IMG/VR virus record: IMGVR_UViG_3300030012_002620
Source: an uncultured virus (IMG/VR IMGVR_UViG_3300030012_002620)
Lineage: Duplodnaviria; Heunggongvirae; Uroviricota; Caudoviricetes; Crassvirales
Reading direction: 5' to 3' (one strand)
DNA: 20,000 bases
In this document: piece by piece, positions 16,335 through 20,000 of the stretch
How positions within the stretch are numbered: position 1 is the stretch's first letter
Layout of the letters: each line of letters starts with the position of its first letter
Program-made: the position numbers and the translations under genes
Notes under the pieces: generated by a model
Database searches by the model: none
What the model saw: the letters and a program-made list of their open reading frames with translations, nothing else
What the model was told of the DNA's origin: nothing

Positions 16335-16342
16335 CAAATATA
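16335..16342 (-). promoter_or_regulatory. Bacteroidota-type -7 promoter element TATATTTG heading the chaperonin operon
   Basis: TAnnTTTG at the edge of the non-coding region, with a T-rich upstream spacer like the other boxes. Confidence 0.55.
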
Positions 16343-16840
16343 AGGAAAAAGATTTAATGTGGCGGATTCCTGTAAATAGTTATACACTAATTATATTAGT
16401 TAGATCTATTTTACTTTTTAGGCCACCAGATATACGTAGCATTTGGGCAATACATTATTTTACACACACTACCTTTTATACAAAGTCATTTTATTTTACC
16501 CCACCCCCTTTTGCTAACTTATTTACATTTTCTAATTTTTTAGCTTTTTTACTAGCTCATTTTCAGATTCTCAAATCTCATGTAAGCGGACTCGGGGTCA
16601 AGCCCCTCGAGGTTTTATGTTTTCTTTCAGATTCACAATCATTCGATAGCCACCCCTATCCCCTTGTTATTATCAAACAAACTATCACCGTTGGGCTCGC
16701 GTCTTCTTGGAATATGGTCAACGTGTCAATGTCAACACAACTGTTAACCGTTCATTTGTATTCCGTTCTTTCATATATTTTTTCTCTTAAACAATTCAAA
16801 ACTAAATAATATTCATTCTTCCTCAAAAGCATTTAGTTCA

Positions 16841-16857
16841 GAAAATCGTAGATTTTC
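16841..16857. repeat. Perfect 7-bp inverted repeat (operator or hairpin candidate)
   Basis: GAAAATC-GTA-GATTTTC, upstream of the first rightward gene. Confidence 0.45.
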
Positions 16858-16927
16858 AGACATTCCTTTTGTTCCAGTATGAATTTTATTTATCCACCAC
16901 GATATGTTTAATTTAAAAAATAATTAT

Positions 16928-17554
16928 ATGAAAACTTCTTACAAATCGGTTCCAGTTGTTTGTTCAATCATTGGTACCAAAACTCGTAAATCTATGTACA
17001 TCTACAATGTTAAATCATTAAATGGAGATACTGTCTATCAAGATAGATATGTACCTGTCAAATGGGGTAACAACGTAACTATTGAATGGGAACGCACTAC
17101 TGATGAGTTCGTTCAGTTTCCACTATCAATGGCTCGTCCAATTATGATAATTCCAAAGTTCAATGAAATTGGTGTATCTAACATATCACAATCACGTGTC
17201 AATGGTAAAGTTCAATCTTACTACGAGATGACTGATAGATACATTGTCTACATACCTATGTGGTTATTTCTTCCACAAAAAGATGACAATGGTAACAACA
17301 AACCAAATACTGGTTTCAAAACTAAATACACTAAAGTATTACCTAAAGCAGATGATGATTTATTTATCAATGATGATTCACCTTATACAATTGCAGAAGA
17401 TATTGCTTACAAATCAGAGCAAGATTTAGCATTTGATTACAGACCATCTGCTGATAAAATGTTATCTGGTTTAGAATTCGAAAATGATTCTCTAGCCCAA
17501 TGGGAAATCGAGAATCCAGAATATGCTAATGACGATAACTTACTGTTTAATTAA
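16928..17554 (+). CDS. Hypothetical early protein with acidic C-terminus (~208 aa)
   Basis: ATG 16928 follows TTTAATTTAAAAAATAATTAT, a typical Bacteroidota start region; the track start is 16904. Beta-rich N-terminus and D/E-rich tail. Confidence 0.8.
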   Translation: MKTSYKSVPVVCSIIGTKTRKSMYIYNVKSLNGDTVYQDRYVPVKWGNNVTIEWERTTDEFVQFPLSMARPIMIIPKFNEIGVSNISQSRVNGKVQSYYEMTDRYIVYIPMWLFLPQKDDNGNNKPNTGFKTKYTKVLPKADDDLFINDDSPYTIAEDIAYKSEQDLAFDYRPSADKMLSGLEFENDSLAQWEIENPEYANDDNLLFN

Positions 17555-17557
17555 TTC

Positions 17558-17581
17558 AACCCTTCGGGTTTATTATTTTAT
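17558..17581 (+). terminator. Short hairpin plus U-rich tract, possible weak terminator
   Basis: AACCC-TTC-GGGTT followed by TATTATTTTAT, just after the stop codon. Confidence 0.35.
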
Positions 17582-17686
17582 GAATCTTTTGATTCTTTAC
17601 AAAAAACTATCGAGTAACAAACAGCTTGGGTTTTGATAGTTTCCCAAGTTTAACCAACCACAGTAGTGGTTCTAAATTTTATTATT

Positions 17687-17992
17687 ATGAGTAAATCATT
17701 ACAGTCGCCAGTAAGCGTGACATTCAAAATCAAAATGGAAACCGATAAGGCTTTCATAGTAGAAGACTTGCAAATCAACAGCAAGCCATACATCTCAAGT
17801 ACTAACCTACCTAAGATGTACGTCGACAATGCTAAGACTAACAAGGATGACGTTACATCAGCTTCCGTTGAGTCTTGGATTATCGAACAGAGATACGATG
17901 AATTGTATTCTGAAGACGCTAAAATCAATGCTCAAAAATTACTGAGCAAAAAGTTTAGTACTGCCGAGGTCGAACAAATGCCTTGGGATTAG
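17687..17992 (+). CDS. Hypothetical early protein (~101 aa)
   Basis: ATG 17687 after an AT-rich leader; IKMETDKAFIV...LPK...VESWI is a small beta-barrel-like pattern. Confidence 0.75.
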   Translation: MSKSLQSPVSVTFKIKMETDKAFIVEDLQINSKPYISSTNLPKMYVDNAKTNKDDVTSASVESWIIEQRYDELYSEDAKINAQKLLSKKFSTAEVEQMPWD

Positions 17993-18072
17993 TTAACAAA
18001 TACGAGTTGAATCTGACTAAGTTTCGTAATTGTAGCAGCGCGTCGCTACTCCTCGTTTTTATTTTCACAATC

Positions 18073-18246
18073 ATGACAATGTCAAAATACATAATCAAAA
18101 ATATGGTTGATAGTCTAACAATGACAAAAGACGACAACGCTGAATCTCTAGCAAAGCTAGACAAGTTCGATGAACAAGTAAGAGTTGTAAGAAGGTTTCT
18201 TATAAATCAGCGTAAGTTTTATATCAACCGATCACAGGATGATTAG
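18073..18246 (+). CDS. Hypothetical protein (~57 aa)
   Basis: ATG 18073 or 18079 preferred over TTG 17983; MTMSKYIIKNMVDSL...YINRSQDD. Confidence 0.6.
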   Translation: MTMSKYIIKNMVDSLTMTKDDNAESLAKLDKFDEQVRVVRRFLINQRKFYINRSQDD

Positions 18247-18273
18247 GGACAATGTGCCGATGTCATCCTACTT

Positions 18274-18345
18274 GGCCCTTTCGTCTAATGGTTAGGACGT
18301 TACCCTTTCACGGTAAAAATAGTGGTTCGATTCCACTAGGGGCTA
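18274..18345 (+). tRNA. tRNA-Glu (anticodon UUC)
   Basis: Acceptor GGCCCTT/AGGGGCT, D arm GTC-TAATGGTTAG-GAC, anticodon arm TTACC-CTTTCAC-GGTAA, T arm AGTGG-TTCGATT-CCACT, discriminator A. CCA is not encoded (CAA follows). Confidence 0.95.
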
Positions 18346-18381
18346 CAATGCGTAATCACCTTGAGTTCAATTACGTATAGT

Positions 18382-18461
18382 CAATAATTTAGGCAACACC
18401 AATTAAGAACGTTGTTGATTGGAAAAGGTCAGATTGAGGGTATCAGTTGCCTTTATTATTG
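18382..18461 (+). ncRNA. Candidate structured RNA downstream of the tRNA
   Basis: CAATAAT-tt-AGGCAAC pairs with GTTGCCT-tt-ATTATTG, enclosing an inner stem CCAATTA/TGATTGG. Confidence 0.4.
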
Positions 18462-18493
18462 CATTTAACTAACAAATTGTTTATATTTATATT

Positions 18494-18793
18494 ATGAAAA
18501 CTAAAACTCTACCAACAGGTATCGTTACTACTCAACGCAAAGTAGGTAAAAAAATTATTATTGACGTCAAACGTCCAACAAAATCAAAGACTGTAACACG
18601 CTTACAAAAACTAGTGGTTGGTTTTTTGTTTAGTTTGGCTTATCTCGGAATATGTGGTGCGATGTATTTCACCTACATGGACCTCTTTTCAAGAGCTCTT
18701 GGTGTGATATTTCTTCCACTATTCCTTGGTAAGATTTACGTACTCACAATCATGGGATATCACATGTTCCATGACTTAAAAACTAACTGGTAA
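18494..18793 (+). CDS. Membrane protein with basic N-terminus and two TM helices (99 aa)
   Basis: Hydrophobic LVVGFLFSLAYLGICGAMYF and ALGVIFLPLFLGKIYVLTIMGY. Confidence 0.75.
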   Translation: MKTKTLPTGIVTTQRKVGKKIIIDVKRPTKSKTVTRLQKLVVGFLFSLAYLGICGAMYFTYMDLFSRALGVIFLPLFLGKIYVLTIMGYHMFHDLKTNW

Positions 18794-18795
18794 CT

Positions 18796-19017
18796 ATGGA
18801 AACATTTATTAAAGAACAAATTATTCATCTAGTCAAAAAAATATTATCATACAATAGCGACATCGAACAAAAAGATTTCGAATCAACATTTGATGTCGAC
18901 CCTATTGATATTGACCGTGTTGAATACGAAAGAATATTGAACGAGTCAGACCACATATATAAATATATGTATGCACTTGATAGACTCATACACCAATTAG
19001 AAAATGAAAAAATTTAA
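18796..19017 (+). CDS. Hypothetical acidic protein (73 aa)
   Basis: ATG 2 nt after the upstream stop. Confidence 0.7.
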   Translation: METFIKEQIIHLVKKILSYNSDIEQKDFESTFDVDPIDIDRVEYERILNESDHIYKYMYALDRLIHQLENEKI

Positions 19018-19171
19018 ATGTTCAATTTGTCAAGAAGATGTGACTGAGTATGGCAACAATCCGCAACCTATACTCCTCCAGTCAGGTAAGCAATGTTGTG
19101 ACGCATGTAACAACAAGTATGTCATACCAGCTCGCATGTTCTTGCGTGAACTTCTAAATAACAAACAATGA
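19004..19171 (+). CDS. Small zinc-finger protein, CxxC...CCxxC (55 aa)
   Basis: Not in the track. MKKFKCSICQEDVTEYGNNPQPILLQSGKQCCDACNNKYVIPARMFLRELLNNKQ. Confidence 0.85.
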   Translation: MKKFKCSICQEDVTEYGNNPQPILLQSGKQCCDACNNKYVIPARMFLRELLNNKQ

Positions 19172-19204
19172 AACATATATCTCACTTTACTAAATTAATA
19201 ATCA

Positions 19205-20000
19205 ATGACATCAAACAACGATACGACAAACATCGCAGAGCTACTGATGAATCTTGTGCCGATACAAAGCGCAAGTTACAAAACAGAGCGAATGCAAAAC
19301 GCAATTGACAATTGGCTATATCACAATGACTTAGGCTACACTAAAGACAAATATGGTAACATATATGTAACTAAGGGTCATGCAGAATTATATCCAACAA
19401 TGGTTTGCCATATTGATACGGTACACAGTATCAATGAACACGTAACAGCACACAAAACATCAAGCGACATCATATACGCAATTGACCAATCAACAGGTCA
19501 ACAGTACGGTACAGGTGGTGATGACAAAGTTGGTATTGCTATTACTATGGCAATGCTAAAACATTTCGACAACTTCAAAGCAGTATTCTTTCTTGACGAA
19601 GAATGTGGTTGCGTTGGTTCATCACAATGCGACTCATCATTCTTCAATGACTCAACTATTGTGTTAGAATGTGACAGACGCGGTAGTAAAGACTTTGTCA
19701 ACAAAATCGGACAAACAAAACTATACAGTAAAAAATTCAGCAAACTTATCAAACCCATACTAAAAAAGTGGGGTCGGTCAGAATGTACTGGCGGCATAAC
19801 TGACGTAGGTGAAATCGCTCGTGTTAACCGTGTCATGGTTGCTAACATGTCGTGCGGGTATCACAACCCACACTCTAATAGTGAAACTATAAATATCCAA
19901 CAAGTTATTGATACATACAACTTGTGTCGAGATATTTTCAACCTTACGATCAACAAACGTTATGAATATCAATCATTATCAGATCGGCAAGAGTCATATG
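19205..20000 (+). CDS. Zn-dependent exopeptidase, M20/M28 superfamily (runs off window end)
   Basis: Not in the track. Open from ATG 19205; metal-ligand motifs CHIDTVH, GGDDKVG, DEECGCVGS, ECDRRG and GYHNPHSNSE. Confidence 0.9.
   Translation, partial: MTSNNDTTNIAELLMNLVPIQSASYKTERMQNAIDNWLYHNDLGYTKDKYGNIYVTKGHAELYPTMVCHIDTVHSINEHVTAHKTSSDIIYAIDQSTGQQYGTGGDDKVGIAITMAMLKHFDNFKAVFFLDEECGCVGSSQCDSSFFNDSTIVLECDRRGSKDFVNKIGQTKLYSKKFSKLIKPILKKWGRSECTGGITDVGEIARVNRVMVANMSCGYHNPHSNSETINIQQVIDTYNLCRDIFNLTINKRYEYQSLSDRQESY

Noticed and set aside
15936..16809. Plus-strand ORFs 15936..16307, 16145..16357 and 16357..16809
   Set aside because: F/L/S/I-rich translations of T-rich non-coding DNA, partly antisense to groEL or the 48-aa ORF, with no domain signal.
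16343..16927. CRISPR or mini-array
   Set aside because: Repeats are 10 nt or shorter, few and irregularly spaced.
18274..18345. tRNA as a prophage attachment site
   Set aside because: Phage-like genes lie on both sides, and there is no integrase or duplicated tRNA 3' end in the window.
18382..18461. Hammerhead ribozyme or c-di-GMP riboswitch
   Set aside because: No CUGANGA/GAAA core in correct register on either strand; only a superficial AGGCAA resemblance to GEMM.
17244..19972. ORFs 17244 (+, alternative frame), 17650, 17955, 19498 and 19778 (-)
   Set aside because: They overlap better-supported plus-strand genes, including the peptidase.
1..20000. Stop-codon reassignment as in some crAss-like phages
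   Set aside because: Genes tile densely under code 11, small ORFs have their own coupled ATGs in shifting frames, TAA, TGA and TAG all end genes, and the tRNA is not a suppressor.

Overview
A 20-kb AT-rich segment of a tailed dsDNA phage, probably infecting Bacteroidota (Flavobacteriia-like). Host evidence: TAnnTTTG promoter boxes and A-rich start regions mostly lacking Shine-Dalgarno sites. The left ~16.3 kb is almost all minus-strand late genes. In transcription order: a 48-aa ORF, a divergent groEL-orf-groES cassette, an HTH protein, one plus-strand winged-helix regulator, a densely coupled array of about a dozen small and very basic proteins (many below the ORF-track cutoff, including a 13-aa CxxxCxxCxxC peptide), a lysis region (M15A endolysin, 3TM-type holin, two membrane-anchored coiled-coil paralogues, an exported thioredoxin-like protein) and four modular tail-fibre/virion genes. 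A ~0.6-kb non-coding strand-switch region follows. The right arm has plus-strand early-type genes, a tRNA-Glu(UUC) among several predicted RNA stems, a zinc-finger ORF and a truncated M20/M28 Zn peptidase. No CRISPR array, integrase or DGR is visible. Family assignments come from motif recognition by eye; no searches were run.
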